Source: the human T2T-CHM13v2.0 reference genome, Homo sapiens
DNA: 64,000 bases
Reading direction: 5' to 3' (one strand)
NCBI RefSeq assembly: GCF_009914755.1
Contig: NC_060932.1
The notes beneath the pieces are model-generated. The model worked only from the letters and a program-made list of their open reading frames with translations, made no database searches and was not told where the DNA came from. Shown one piece after another: positions 38,694 through 64,000 of this stretch. Within the stretch, counting starts at the first letter, position 1, and each line of letters opens with the position of its first letter. Both the position numbers and the translations under genes were made by a program.

Positions 38694-39251
38694 TCATTTG
38701 GGCCAACTGAATAAGTTGGAAGAGTTGAGAAAAATGCATTGATTACTGGAATTTTTCATGGTAGCTGGAAATAGGGAGATCATGAGGAAATTAAAAAATA
38801 GGCATACATTTAATTTTTCATCAAAAGATTCTATTTTATTCTCAAGAAATCTTTCATCAGAACTCCTAGAAAGTTGACTGTCTCACTGTCCTTCCTTTCC
38901 TTTTCTTTTCTTTTGAATTTTCTAGCAGAACCATAGAACTAGACATTTTATGTCTTTATTTGATAGTTTTCTCAATGAAGTTATGAAGGCTCTTCTGTTT
39001 TTAGGCAGAGCATGCATAGTTTTACTGTGGAACATTGTATTTGATTATGATTTACTAGTTGCCCTCTCAGAACTTCAGTTTTCTCATCTGCAGAAGAAGA
39101 GTAATAATTGACATCTTGTAGATAGTTGTGATGATTAAATGAAATAATGTAAGAAAAGCACAGGGCCCCTTTTAACTATACAATAAATGTTAATTACTAT
39201 GTATAAAAGAATCTACTATTTGAGGGCCTAATGGGATTTTTTCTTTTAAAG

Positions 39252-39380
39252 GGAGAGATTTAAAGCAATTATATTTCAATCTCTATATAACTGTCAACAC
39301 CATGAATCTTCCAAAGCGCAAAGAAGTTATTTGCCGAGGATCTGATGACGATTACTCTTTTTGCAGAGCTCTGAAGGGAG
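39252..39380 (+). CDS. LY96: LY96 exon 3 ([44 protein letters not shown])
   Basis: AAG|GG acceptor, GAG|GTAAGT donor; 129 nt; includes C95/C105 and the DDD TLR4-binding patch. Confidence 0.97.
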
Positions 39381-40410
39381 GTAAGTATTCAGTTCATATT
39401 ACTTTTAGAATAGGAAATAATTCTTTATGAAAATGTTATGAAAATTAAATACATTGAAAATGGGAAGTTCCTTTTCTGCTAATAATTCTTTTTCCATCCA
39501 AAGTTTTTACTTTAGCAGCTTAAATAACATTTTATAACTATATACTTGAACTGTTAGGATGACACTTACATGATTTGTATTATTAATATTTTTCATAGTA
39601 ACCCACCAGATTTTCTATACAGTCCTTGGTTTCTTTAGTGACTTCTGCCTTTATGTTCCTCCTTGGAATTATTTACAGAATAATAACATTCAGAAATTAG
39701 GACCCTTACAGAGATCTTGCACCAAGGGATAAAAAAATAAAAAATAAAAATGAATAAAAAAAAGGAATTACCACTTTAGAGCTATATTCCAGCTTTTCCA
39801 TTTACCAGCAATGTGACTTTTGGCATGTTATTAATATTTAACCTTTCTTGGCCTCATTTTCCTCAGCTATAAAATGGGAAAGTAAAACACATCATACATA
39901 GTTTTAAGAATTAAATTTGAGAATGTATGTTAAAAAAAAAAGCCTAGTACAGTGTTCAGAATAAGAATCCTTCTTTTGTTATGAATTTTCCAGTCCTGTC
40001 ATCTTTATAATGAGGGAACTGATGTTTGCAGTGGCTTAGTAATGTGTCCATGGTCATTTGGAGAACTAGTAACAGAGCAGCATCCTAACTCTAAGACATG
40101 ACTCTCCTACTGTGTCATGCTTTCTCTTTGGAAAAAAAAAATCCCTTAGCAGATTACTGTTTTTTTTTTTAATTGTGCATTTCTTTTACACAATCTCTGT
40201 GGAATTACATTGATATTTTACCTGAATCTTCAAAGTTTCTCTTTCTTGAGACCTCAGAGGTGTCAGACTCAAATCAGCTTGTCTACTTCTTCTCTCCCTC
40301 CTCCCACTTTCTTCCATAAACATCTATTGAACCTAATTTGAGCAAATCGTGATTTACGTTCTGGTTATCTGAAGTTGAATGGTAGGATCTCCTTCCTCAG
40401 AAAGTTACTC

Positions 40411-41932
<1,522 letters not shown>

Positions 41933-42220
41933 AAAGTCACTCCATTCTGGGAAAGACAGTTATAAGAACAAAATTTATAATAAAATTATGTGTAATTTTA
42001 TTGTAAATTGATTATAGGTATGAGCCATTGCCATACAATAAAATTATATTTACATATAATTTTTTTGTAAAATTATTGTAAATTTTTTGTAAATTTATTG
42101 TAAAAAGGTGTATGTAAATAACATATAGTTCTATTAGCAATAGAACTATATGTTATTGGTTTTAACTATATAATTACTAAATAACTGTGGCAGAAAAACT
42201 GGGATAAGTTTTTTTTTTGA

Positions 42221-42687
<467 letters not shown>

Positions 42688-42717
42688 TAATTTTAAATTT
42701 AATTTTATTTTAATTAA

Positions 42718-42855
<138 letters not shown>

Positions 42856-44061
42856 TAGAGACAGGGTCTCACTATGTTGCCCAGGCTGGTCAGACAAGCC
42901 TTCAATAGAGTATTTTATTAGGGTCTTGAATCTGAGAACATCAGAGGGTGAGGGGGAAAAACATTCCCTGGAGAGGAAACAGCATGTACAAACACATCTA
43001 GTCATGAAAGAGTATGGTTTATTTGGAGAGTAGTTTTTTTGTAGTTGGAGCAGAATGTGCTTGTGGGGAATTGCTGGAGATGAGCCTAGAAAAGGGGGCA
43101 GTGTGAGCATGTAACTCATGCGCAAAATATTGGCCGGTATCCTATAGTCAGTGGGCAGGGATGACCCACTGAGATTTCCATTTTTACAGATAACTAGCAT
43201 CCATATGGCAGGAGGTGGGGGTAGGCTGAGGCAGGAAACTTGGGTGGAAGGAAGAGCATCCAGGAGGCTCTGTGAGAGACCATGAGGGCTGAACGAGACG
43301 GCGGCCAGGGAGTAGCAGGGAGGAGATGAAAGAGAGATTTTTGGGAGACAGAATAGGCAGGATACACTGATTTAATGTGGCAGGCAAGGATTAGGTAAAA
43401 TCAAGACCCTCTTGGGCTGGGTGCCTGTAATCCTAGCACTTTGGGAGGCTGAGGCTAGGAGTTTGGGGCCAGCCTGGGCAAGGAGGTGAAACACCATCTC
43501 TGAAAAAAAAAAAAAATTAGCTGGGTGTGGTGGTACCAGCCTTTAGTCCAGCTACTTGGGACTGAGGTGGGAGGATCACTTGCACCCAGGAGGTCTTGGC
43601 TAGCTGTGATCCACCGCTGCACTCCCTGACTTAAAAAAAAAAAAAGAAAAAAAAAAAAGCACCACACTTGAGGGCCAGTGACTGGATGTATGGAAGTGCC
43701 ATTATCTGAGATGATGTGTACAAAAGAACAGGCAGGTTTTTTTTTTTTTTTTTTTAAAGGGAAACATAATGAGTTCTGGCTTGGGCATGTTAAGCTCAAG
43801 GTAATTTTGGAATATTCAAATAAACATGGCCATCTGGCAGCTGAGTATGTGGGCCCAGAACTTAGGACTTTCTGATTTAAGAAGCATTGACGTATCAAGA
43901 GACCCTTGAAATTTGGGAGTCGAATTTGCAAGTACCATACATATCTATGTTTAAAATAATTTTCCTTTTGGTTGTTATAAAAGTTATACATCTTTATGAT
44001 ATGATATTTAGAAAATATGGACAAGCAATTATAAAGTAAAAGTTACCCATAATCTCACCAG

Positions 44062-44064
<3 letters not shown>

Positions 44065-44099
<35 letters not shown>
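44065..44099. repeat. (AC)17 microsatellite
   Basis: Read directly. Confidence 0.95.
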
Positions 44100-44104
<5 letters not shown>

Positions 44105-44151
44105 CTGTTTCTCTCAAAAACACATTTATGAATCAATGGATGGATATTTCA

Positions 44152-44487
<336 letters not shown>

Positions 44488-44489
44488 TT

Positions 44490-44935
44490 ACCGGGATTTT
44501 GCTGGGGCTGCTGTTACTAAGTACCATAAACTGAATACCTTAGAAAAACAGAAATTTATCATGTAACAGCTCTGGAGTCCAGAAGTCTGAAACCAAGATA
44601 ACGAGGCCATGCTCCCTCTGTAGGAGCTAGGCATGGATCTGTTCCAGGCCTCTCTCCTAGCTTCTGGTGGCCTAAGGCATGTCTTGCCTTGTAGATGGTC
44701 ATCTTCTTCCTGGGTCCTTTCACTGTGGTCTTCCCTCCTATGTTTGTCTATCTCAGTGTCCAAATTTCCCCTTCTTAATAAGGACACTTGCATATTGGAC
44801 TAGGGCCCACCCTAATGACCTCATTTTAACTTGATTATCTGCAAAGATCCTGTTTCTAAATAAGGTCATGTTCACAGGCACTGGAGGTTAGGGCTTCAAC
44901 ATATCTTTTTGGGGGACACAATTCAATGTACAATA
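44490..44935 (-). mobile_element. MLT1B-like MaLR LTR
   Basis: CAAATTTCCCCTTCTTAATAAGGACAC...GGGCCCACCCTAATGACCTCATTTTAACTTGATTA...GGGGGACACAATTCAA. Confidence 0.7.
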
Positions 44936-45139
44936 CCATCTGAGGCTCAGATCCCGCCCCCTGCATAGCTGCCAGGAAAACTAGACTGGACCATGAGTGA
45001 GCTGCATGGATACCTTTTGAGAAGAGGAGAGGAGAGCCTAAGAAGGGGTTCTGTTCTCCCTCGCCCTGCCTCAGTTCCCTCTTGCCTTCTTCAATGTGGG
45101 CAAAGCTTCAAGCTAACTTCCTAAGAAAAGAATGGAAGG

Positions 45140-51337
<6,198 letters not shown>

Positions 51338-51755
51338 AAGAAAAGAATGGAAGGTATGAGCAAGATATGAGCTTTCTTGGCAGGCACAGTGGCTCAAGCC
51401 TGTAATCCCAGCACTTTGGGAGGCCGAGGCGGGCAGATCACTTGAGGTTAGGAGTTCCAGACCAGCCTGGCCTACATGGTGAAACCCAGTCTGTACTAAA
51501 AATACAAAAGTAGATGGGTGTGGTAGCACATGTTTGTAATCCCCGCTACCACCCGGGAGCCTGAGGCAGGAGAATCACTTGAATGAAGGCAGAGGTTGCG
51601 GTGAGCCAAGATCCCACCACTGCACTCCAGCCTGGGCTACACAGTGAGACTCCAGTCTCAAAAAAAGAAAAACCAAAAAAAAAGATAGCTTTCTAAGACA
51701 GACAAAACAATTGAAAAACAAAAAAAAAAGGGTTCTATCCAACAGAAGAGGTTAG

Positions 51756-52067
<312 letters not shown>

Positions 52068-52207
52068 TGATCAGCCCACCTCGGCCTCCCAAAGTGCTGG
52101 GATTACAGGCGTGAGCCACTGTTCCTGGTCTAGTGGTTGTTCTTAATTTCTTTCTCATATCCTCAAGTCTCATCCATCTTCCTCCCCTGCCCCTTACACA
52201 AAGTTTA

Positions 52208-53379
52208 CAGAGTTGGCTTTATGACCAGAGTCCAGGGCCCCATATACGGAAGGGCCCCATGCTTGGGGTTTAATGCCCTGTGATCATAGTCTTGAAATTC
52301 TTAATAATTTTATCTTTGAGTGTGTGTTTTGTGTAAGTGAAATCTAATGAGATGATGAGGTATGAACCCACCTTCCCTGGACCGGTTCTTGGTTCCCGCT
52401 GCCCACTTCCCTGCTGGCACCATGGGATCCCCTCCCCTCTTCTGTCCAGTGCAACCTGCTACCCTCTGCTCCTGGTGAAATCCTGGCTACAGGGAGGGTC
52501 AGGATCCGGTGTGGGTGCCCTGCAGTATCTTGGGTGGGCATGACAGTGGCTGCCCTACCTGGGCTGGCAGCACCACAGCCCTGTTCAGCAGCTGACTAGT
52601 TGGGCACACCATCCCCTGCCCCACCCCGAAACAGGTAGTGTGTGGAGGTATTGCATGGAGGTTGCAGTGCGTTGAGAGTCACTGTTGAATAGCAGGCCTG
52701 TGGGAAAGAAAGGTACTTGCTTGGACTTCCTGCCTCTCACAGGAGCATGGGGCATCTGGCAGTTTGTGGAAGGAGGACGCTGACAGGCAACTCTCAGGCC
52801 CAAGCTTGCACAGGAGCCCCCAGTCGTGGAGGAGCCCCTGGGTGTTTCTGCACTCACCTATGCTGCTTGCTGAGGGGTCATTCCCTCAGGCTGTTCCATG
52901 TCTTGGGGACCTTCTCTTTCTCCGTTCAAATTTCCTGCCTCTGGCTTGTGTTAGTTTCCTCTGGCCAGCTCGAGGCACCCTCTGGGGTTGAGCAGGGAAA
53001 GACAAATTATGTAATCTCCGTGATTCTACCTTGAAGTTAAATGCTTTAATATTTGCATTTAAAACTGGCATTGTATTATAAAAAGATGAATAGTGAAATT
53101 CATACTAACAGTTTAAAATGTTCTCTTTATTACAAATGATATTAAATTGCAATAAAAACATTATGGCAAGTCTAGAGAGAGAAACACACAGAAGAAAGGA
53201 AAAAGTTTTATGTTCTAGTAACTTTAACAGGTTTCCCCCATCTTTTGAATAAGCAGCCTCATATTGTCATTTTGTGCTGGGCCTTGAAAATTATGTATTT
53301 AATTATGTAATGATGTATTGCATTACTTTTCATGGCAAAAACTGCAATTACTTTTACACCAACCTAATAGTTGATCCTG
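52208..53379. mobile_element. hAT-Tip100 (MER91/Zaphod-like) relic with a MADE1 fragment near its right end
   Basis: Ends resemble MER91 (GGGCCCCATGCTTGG...CTTGAAATTCTTAATAATTTT; CATTTTGTGCTGGGCC...AATTATGTA...GATCCTG); MADE1-like CATTACTTTTCATGGCAAAAACTGCAATTACTTTTACACCAACCTAATA at ~53320-53369. Confidence 0.6.
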
Positions 53380-54629
53380 AAGCTGGGTACTGAGAATTAG
53401 GTGCTAGGTGCCAGATATCCAAATATCCAAAGCAAAACCCCGGTCCTCATGGAGATTATAGACTAGTGGAGAAAACAAGATCCTAATGAAGTAATAAAAT
53501 AAAGAAAAGCAGAAAAATGAAATATGATTCAATTTGTGATAAATACTCTCAAAGAAACAAGCAAGTTAATGAGATAGAGCCTATTATTATTATATTATTA
53601 TATAATATATACATATATGACTAATATATTAATGCATTAATATTCACAAGGTATGAATATGTTATTATTCACAAGATGCCATTGGAAGGAGGGTCTAGAA
53701 GGGAGAAGGAATAATATTAAATGTTATAAGTAACATTTAATGGTAATAATATTTAATAAGTGCTATGTCCTAGGCATTGTTCTTAGCACTTAACATGTAT
53801 TAACTGGTATAGCCCTTGTAATAATCCTATGAGATACGTGTTATCGCCCATCAGCATTTTACTGAGGCATAGAAAAATTAAGTGACTGGCCTAAAGTTAC
53901 ACACCAAGTAGAGGAGCTGGGATTCAAACCCAAGCCGTTCTGGCCCCAGAGCCATCACTCTTACAAAGATGTTATCTTTATCCTTACTGCATCTTTCTCA
54001 TTGCATATTGTATTTGGAATGGTTTCTTCTTATCATTTTAGGGGTCTTTTTTTGGTTTTTAAAAATTTTAATTTTATTTTAATTTAATGTATTTATTTTG
54101 AGACAAGGTCTCCCTGTCACCCAGGCTGGAGTGAAGTGGCACGAACACAGCTCACTGTAGCCTCTACCTACTGGGATCAAGTGATCCTCCCACCCTAGCC
54201 TCTCGAGTAACTGGGATTATAGGCACATGCACCACACCCATCTTTCTTTTATATATTTTGTACAGATAAGGCTTCACCATGTTGCCCAGGCTGGTCTTGA
54301 ACTTCTGGGCTCAAGGGATCTACCCTCTTTGGCCTCCCAAAGTGTTGTGATTACAGGCATGAGCCACCGCTCACAGCTGGAATGGTTTCTTAAATATCTA
54401 TATCTCCAATAGACTTTAGCTCTTTGAGAGAAGGGACAGAGTTGTACTACCATTGTCTTCCCAGGCCCTGGTGGGTAGTAGGCTTTCAATAAGTGAGTTG
54501 TTGAACTGTTAAATTTTGAATTGGATTGGCCTTGAATGAAAGATCATAAGATTATGAAGACATGATCACTTTACTGAGCTCAAGAAACACCTCAGGTATC
54601 AACTCCTTTAGTAAGGATACACCCGGCTA

Positions 54630-55070
<441 letters not shown>

Positions 55071-56040
55071 TCAGCATGATGAAACCCTGTCTTTACTAAA
55101 AATACAAAAATTAATCGGGTGTGGTGGCAGGCGCCTGTAATCTCAGCTACTCAGGAAGCCGAGGCAGGAGAATCTCTTGAACCCGTGAGGCAGAGGTTGC
55201 AGTGAGCTGAGATCACGCCATTGTACTCCGGCCTGGGCAACAGAGTGAGACTCCATCTCAAAACAAAGAAACAAACAAAAACAGAAAGAGGATACATCCA
55301 GAAGTAAATAAATAAATGCTTACTTGTGAGACTAGAAGTATACATGCAGACATTAATTATTTACTTCTGAGAACAATATTATAGTTTTTGATTTAACTAT
55401 ATTAAAAATATTTTTGGCCACTGTTTCTTTTGTTTGAGATTCAAAACATACATTTCTATCTTTACCCCACCACATTCACTACTTTGTTCTGACTGGAACA
55501 GTAGGATGTGCATTTTTCTGCACTTTTGACTCTGTGCTCCACAGCTTGTGTGGGGCCAGGCCCGTGGCTATGCACTTAAACAGAAGCTAACTTGAGCTTC
55601 TCAGTGGTGTAATTGGGAGGAGCTTCAGTATTCTGGCTGCCTCCAAAATATCTCATCTGTCTTTGCAAGATTGTTCTCTATTATACCCAGCTTAATGTGC
55701 ATCAATATCTCTGAAAACTAGTTTGCAATGCACATATGTAACTTGTTCTGAAGCATATTAGCACTAGCTTGTTCATCGTTTATTCATTATTGAGACCAGC
55801 AGGTCTTAATAGTTTGTGTCCCCTAAGGGATAAGGTAGGGGCAGGTGTACAGAGAGGCTCTAGGGGCGGAGAAAGGAAGCCACAGGAGAATAGCAGCCAG
55901 GGTATAAAAGATTCATTATTTTTCTACAGTTTTGCTTGGGACTGCGTCTGTCAGTAGTTAAGGTATACTCCATGCTACCAAGAAAAAAATATCACCTAAC
56001 CGTGACCAATAACGTTTTGTATTTTATATTTTGTTTGCAG

Positions 56041-56093
56041 AGACTGTGAATACAACAATATCATTCTCCTTCAAGGGAATAAAATTTTCTAAG
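56041..56093 (+). CDS. LY96: LY96 exon 4 (ETVNTTISFSFKGIKFSK)
   Basis: TTGCAG|AG acceptor, AAG|GTATTG donor; 53 nt; includes the F126 loop. Confidence 0.96.
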
Positions 56094-56206
56094 GTATTGT
56101 TCAAGATTTATTTTGTACTGTCTAACCTTTAGCAGTAATAGACATGTTAAGCATTTGAAACAAGCAATTCACAACTTCTTCCTTTTTCTTTCTTTTTTTT
56201 TTTTAA

Positions 56207-56410
<204 letters not shown>

Positions 56411-56808
56411 TGAATTCCTGAGCTCAAGCGATCCACTCCGCTTAGCCTCCCAAAGTGCTGGGATTACAAGTATGGGCAGTTGTGCCCAGCTGACAATTTC
56501 ATGAATAGCAGTTCGAGATTAAGATGTTCAGGGTTTTTTCTTTCACTTTTATTTAGAATTAGCTTTTTTTTTTTTTTTTTAACTGAGTCTTGCTCTGTTG
56601 CCCAGGCTGGAGTGAAGTGTGTTCTGGACTCACTGCAACTTCCGCCTCCCAGGTTCAGGTGATTCTGTGCCTCAACCACCCGAGTAGCTGGGATTACAGG
56701 CACATGCCACTATGCCCAGCTAATTTTTTTATTTTTAGTAGAGATGGGGTTTCACCATGTTGCCCAGGCTGGTCTCAAACTCCTGGCCTCATGTGATCCA
56801 CCCACCTT

Positions 56809-57436
56809 TGTTCCTGGACCAAACTGAGGGTCGGGCTGCCATTTCTCGCAGCCCAATAGCAAGATGCAGATGAACTGGGGAGGAAGAGAGCTTTTATTTC
56901 TGTAACTGGTTACAGGGAGAAGGTCTGGAAATTATCGCCAGACCAACTCAAAATTACAAAGTTTTCAGAGCTTATATACATTCTAAGGTATATGTCTATG
57001 TGTAAGTGTGCATTCATCTGAAGACACAAGTGATTAACTTCTTTTAATCTATAATTAAGGTCTGAGTCCTGAAGACCTTCATCTGGAGCCTCAGGAACTT
57101 TACTTAATCTAAATGGGTCTGGGTGCTGGGGTGATTACCTTTATCTTGTCTCCTGCTAAATCATGGAGGTTTGAGGAGTTCCTTCAGACCCCCAGTAAAC
57201 TTGGTTGTGGAAGCCTGGGGAGTTTCTTCGGACCCACAATAAAACTCGATTGATCCTAAATGGGTCCTATTAAGAATTTCTTAGTTATTTTGTTATGGTT
57301 TAAGAAAGCCTTAAAGGAAGGGCCTGGGCAAAACTCCTGATGGGCTTTTGTTACATCCCATCCTTTGCATAAGGGCGCTGGCTTTAAATATTTAACTTAA
57401 CCACTCAGTACTGAAACAGTTGTTAGTGAGACCTGG
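56809..57436 (-). mobile_element. Solo ERV1 LTR (PABL_A-like) inserted inside an Alu in LY96 intron 4
   Basis: Begins TGTTCCTGGACCAAACTGAGGGTCGGGCTG; Alu sequence is split at CCACCTT|GGCCTCC with CCTT on both sides. Confidence 0.8.
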
Positions 57437-58207
57437 CCTTGGCCTCCCAAACTGCTGGGATTATAGGTGTGAGCCACCACACCCAGCCTTAGTATTAGGT
57501 CTTTTGGTATTTTTTCTTTCTGTAGACTATGGAAAAATTGCACAAAACATAGCATTTTTTTCCGCTTCATTTTTTTTTCCCTCTAACATACATGGGCAAA
57601 AGTAATTTGAATGCAAGTGCTCATTACTAATCTGTTGAACAGTCTTCAGATGAAAGCACTGGATGACCATTGTGTATAAGCCAGTAAATCTCTATAACTA
57701 TTCATGTAAATATAATGTGAACATTGTTTAGGAGAATAAAAATCACATAAATTACAGACTTTTTTTGTTCAAGATTTTTTTGGGAACTTAGTCTGGTCAT
57801 CCATGCCTTTGTAAAAATAATTGCTGCCTCAATGAATAATACCATTGTGATTCTAGATATTTGCGTGACATATCTAGTAATGAGATTTTATGCATTTTAC
57901 TTATGGTGACCATTTTAAAATAAAATTTAATAATGCATATTCTTTCATTATTTTGTTATAAACTAATATCTAATATTTCAAAACCTCTTAGGTTAGTTTT
58001 TAAAAATAACATAATCTTATAATTGGGAAATAAATGGGCTTTATGCTCATTTAATTCAAAGACATGGAAAATTTCGTCTCATTGGAAAACTATAAAATCA
58101 ATCCAATTTAAATGGCTTTCTGCTAGTAAGAGAAAGTTCTTACAAAGCCTCTGAAATAGTAGCATCTAACATTTTGTATTACTTGTATTTCTTATACTTC
58201 ATTTTAG

Positions 58208-58306
58208 GGAAAATACAAATGTGTTGTTGAAGCTATTTCTGGGAGCCCAGAAGAAATGCTCTTTTGCTTGGAGTTTGTCATCCTACACCAACCTAATTCA
58301 AATTAG
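58208..58306 (+). CDS. LY96: LY96 exon 5 CDS (GKYKCVVEAISGSPEEMLFCLEFVILHQPNSN*)
   Basis: TTTTAG|GGA; total 112+90+129+53+99 = 483 nt = 160 aa + stop. Confidence 0.97.
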   Translation, partial: GKYKCVVEAISGSPEEMLFCLEFVILHQPNSN

Positions 58307-58312
58307 AATAAA
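58307..58312 (+). terminator. LY96: LY96 poly(A) signal AATAAA directly after the stop codon
   Basis: Sequence reads TAG AATAAA TTGAGTATTT; GT/T-rich element GTATTGTTCCTGTTTT follows at ~58339. Confidence 0.8.
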
Positions 58313-58592
58313 TTGAGTATTTAAAAAAAAATTTAAAGGTATTGTTCCTGTTTTAAGGGTACCCAGGATTTGTTTTAATCAGATATGGTAGGATAGGAAG
58401 ACACAGAAATGACTGTCATGAAGAAAGAAGCTTATCCTCACAGATCTCTAGGAAACGGAGGCATGGTGCATCATGCAGAGCCACCTGGGGAAGCACCAGT
58501 GTCTGTGAGAATGTGGAGGGAGGGGAAGAATGTGGGCAAGAGTGTTTGTTATGTTTTCCACAGGAAGCAATGGGCAAGGTAGGGTAAGTAAT

Positions 58593-59273
<681 letters not shown>

Positions 59274-59478
59274 GCAGTGTTGACCTAAAAGGAAGAAGCT
59301 GAGACAGAATTAGTGTAAGTAGAGAGTTTATTTGGGCCAAGCTTGAGGACTGCATCCTGGGAGCATGGCAACTTGAGTTGCCCTGAATATATACTCCATA
59401 AATTAGCAGCAGTTACAAGAGGGTTTTTAAAGGGAAAGAAGAGGGAGTTTCTGAGTTGTTTACCAAGAATTTACATTA

Positions 59479-60540
<1,062 letters not shown>

Positions 60541-61180
60541 AATAACAAAAAACAAAAAGACACAAGGATGTGTTTTTTGCTAAAGAAAATGTAATTTTGC
60601 TGGGTGTGGTGGCTCACGCCTGTAATCCCAGCACTTTGGGAATCCAAAGCGGGCGCATCACAAGGTTAGGAGTTCGAGACCAGCCTGGCCAGTATGGTGA
60701 AACCCTGTCTCTACTGAAAATACAAAAATTAGCCGGGTGTGGTGGCGGGCACCTGTAGTCCCAGCTACTCAGGAGGCTGAGGCTGAGGCAAGAGAATTGC
60801 TTGAACCCAGGAGGCGGAGGTTGCGGTGAGCCGAGATCGTGCCACTACTGCACTCCAGCCTGGGCGACAGAGTGAGACTCTGTCTCAAAAAAAAAAAAAA
60901 AGTAATTTTTTTTTAGTTAAGTGACTATTTAAGAGTTGCTTTAGAGTAAAGGAAAAATTATACAGATAAAACTAAATGGATAAAGAGAAAAACTAAGCCC
61001 AGGCAACAAAGTTACCTCTGAGACCTGTGGTTACCAAGAAGACAGTCAATGTGGAGGAAGGGCAAAATGAAGCAACCATTAAAACCAGAGGGTAGCCAGG
61101 CATGGTGGCTTCTGCCTGTAATCGCACCACTTTGGGAGGCCGAGGTGGGTGGGTCACCTGAGGTCAGGAGTTCCAGACTA

Positions 61181-61953
<773 letters not shown>

Positions 61954-62799
61954 CAATAAATTGTAAAAATAACTACTTTAAGGATAGAATCCTTAATTTT
62001 AAATGCTACAGAATGAAAGAGCTTGATTGGGTTGATGCAGGACCCACAGCTCACTATTAAACAATTGCTGGTGAATGTGTGTGATCCAAATACACAGGAG
62101 GTGATTCCTGAGGGAACAACCAGCCTAGTGTTTATCCTGAGAAGGAGATTGCCCAACTCTCCCTATAAAATGCCAAGTGGAACACCCCAGATGAAGCAGT
62201 TGATATGCTTCATATGCAAGCCATGTGGGACTGGCTTTATGATGACCCAAATATTCTCCAACAAAAATTTCTATTGCCCACATCATGGTAAATTTTGGGG
62301 TTTAGGGGGCCCTTTTTACATGGGCACCCTGGGTGACATTACTCCGGCAGAATCATACGACTATTTGAGCAGCCTTATCAAGTTTGCTGTCTCTTGTGGG
62401 TTTTACAGATGCTTAATAAAATATCAGGCATAATTAACAAAAAAAAAGATGGGTAAGGAGAAAGGGATTAAAAGAGCTCACCCCAGAACAGTGATATAAT
62501 TTTTTGGATGGTTATTAAGAAAAGAAAGAAATAAAATGAAAATTGAGGGAGTTAAAACAAAGGCCTTTAAAACACTATTTGCCCCTAGATTGGAAAATAT
62601 AAGAAAAATCCAAAGACAATGGTTATAATGAGAATGCTACGTTGCCTGGGGCAATACTGAGGCAAATTAAGATAAAGATTGACAAAAGGGACTGAGTCCT
62701 TTGGCCCAACCCCCTGCTGGGGGCCCATATCCTTTTGATATAGGGTCTTGCTCCCTGACGAATGCAAGGAGGAGAATACTTATGAGCAGGGGGCCTCTT

Positions 62800-64000
<1,201 letters not shown>

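Noticed and set aside
41960-42190. AT-rich stretch with repeated TTGTAAA
   Set aside because: Irregular low-complexity slippage without periodic or spacer structure.
62023-62433. 136-aa ORF just downstream of LTR2
   Set aside because: Non-ATG start, lies in degenerate retroelement-like sequence, no recognisable domain.

Overview
Human (primate) genomic DNA, recognisable as the ELOC(TCEB1)-TMEM70-LY96 locus on chr8q21.11. It holds the CpG-island promoter and first exon of ELOC (minus strand, assigned by synteny), the complete 3-exon TMEM70 gene (260 aa, ATP synthase assembly factor) and the complete 5-exon LY96/MD-2 gene (160 aa, TLR4 co-receptor). It also holds RPS20 and DSTN processed pseudogenes, a Y4 RNA retrocopy, a full-length dead L1PA element, several solo LTRs with intact target-site duplications (TSDs), DNA transposon relics and very many Alus. 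Most ORFs in the track are Alu, L1 or low-complexity artefacts. I found no convincing new biological system. The best leads are regulatory: an 11-bp GC-box tandem repeat in the TMEM70 promoter, a sense RPS20 retrocopy in the probable long TMEM70 3'UTR, a 3'-truncated DSTN retrocopy next to an AP-1-bearing LTR10, a twin octamer element, and an almost absent LY96 3'UTR. Repeat subfamily names are from remembered consensus sequences and need RepeatMasker/Dfam confirmation.
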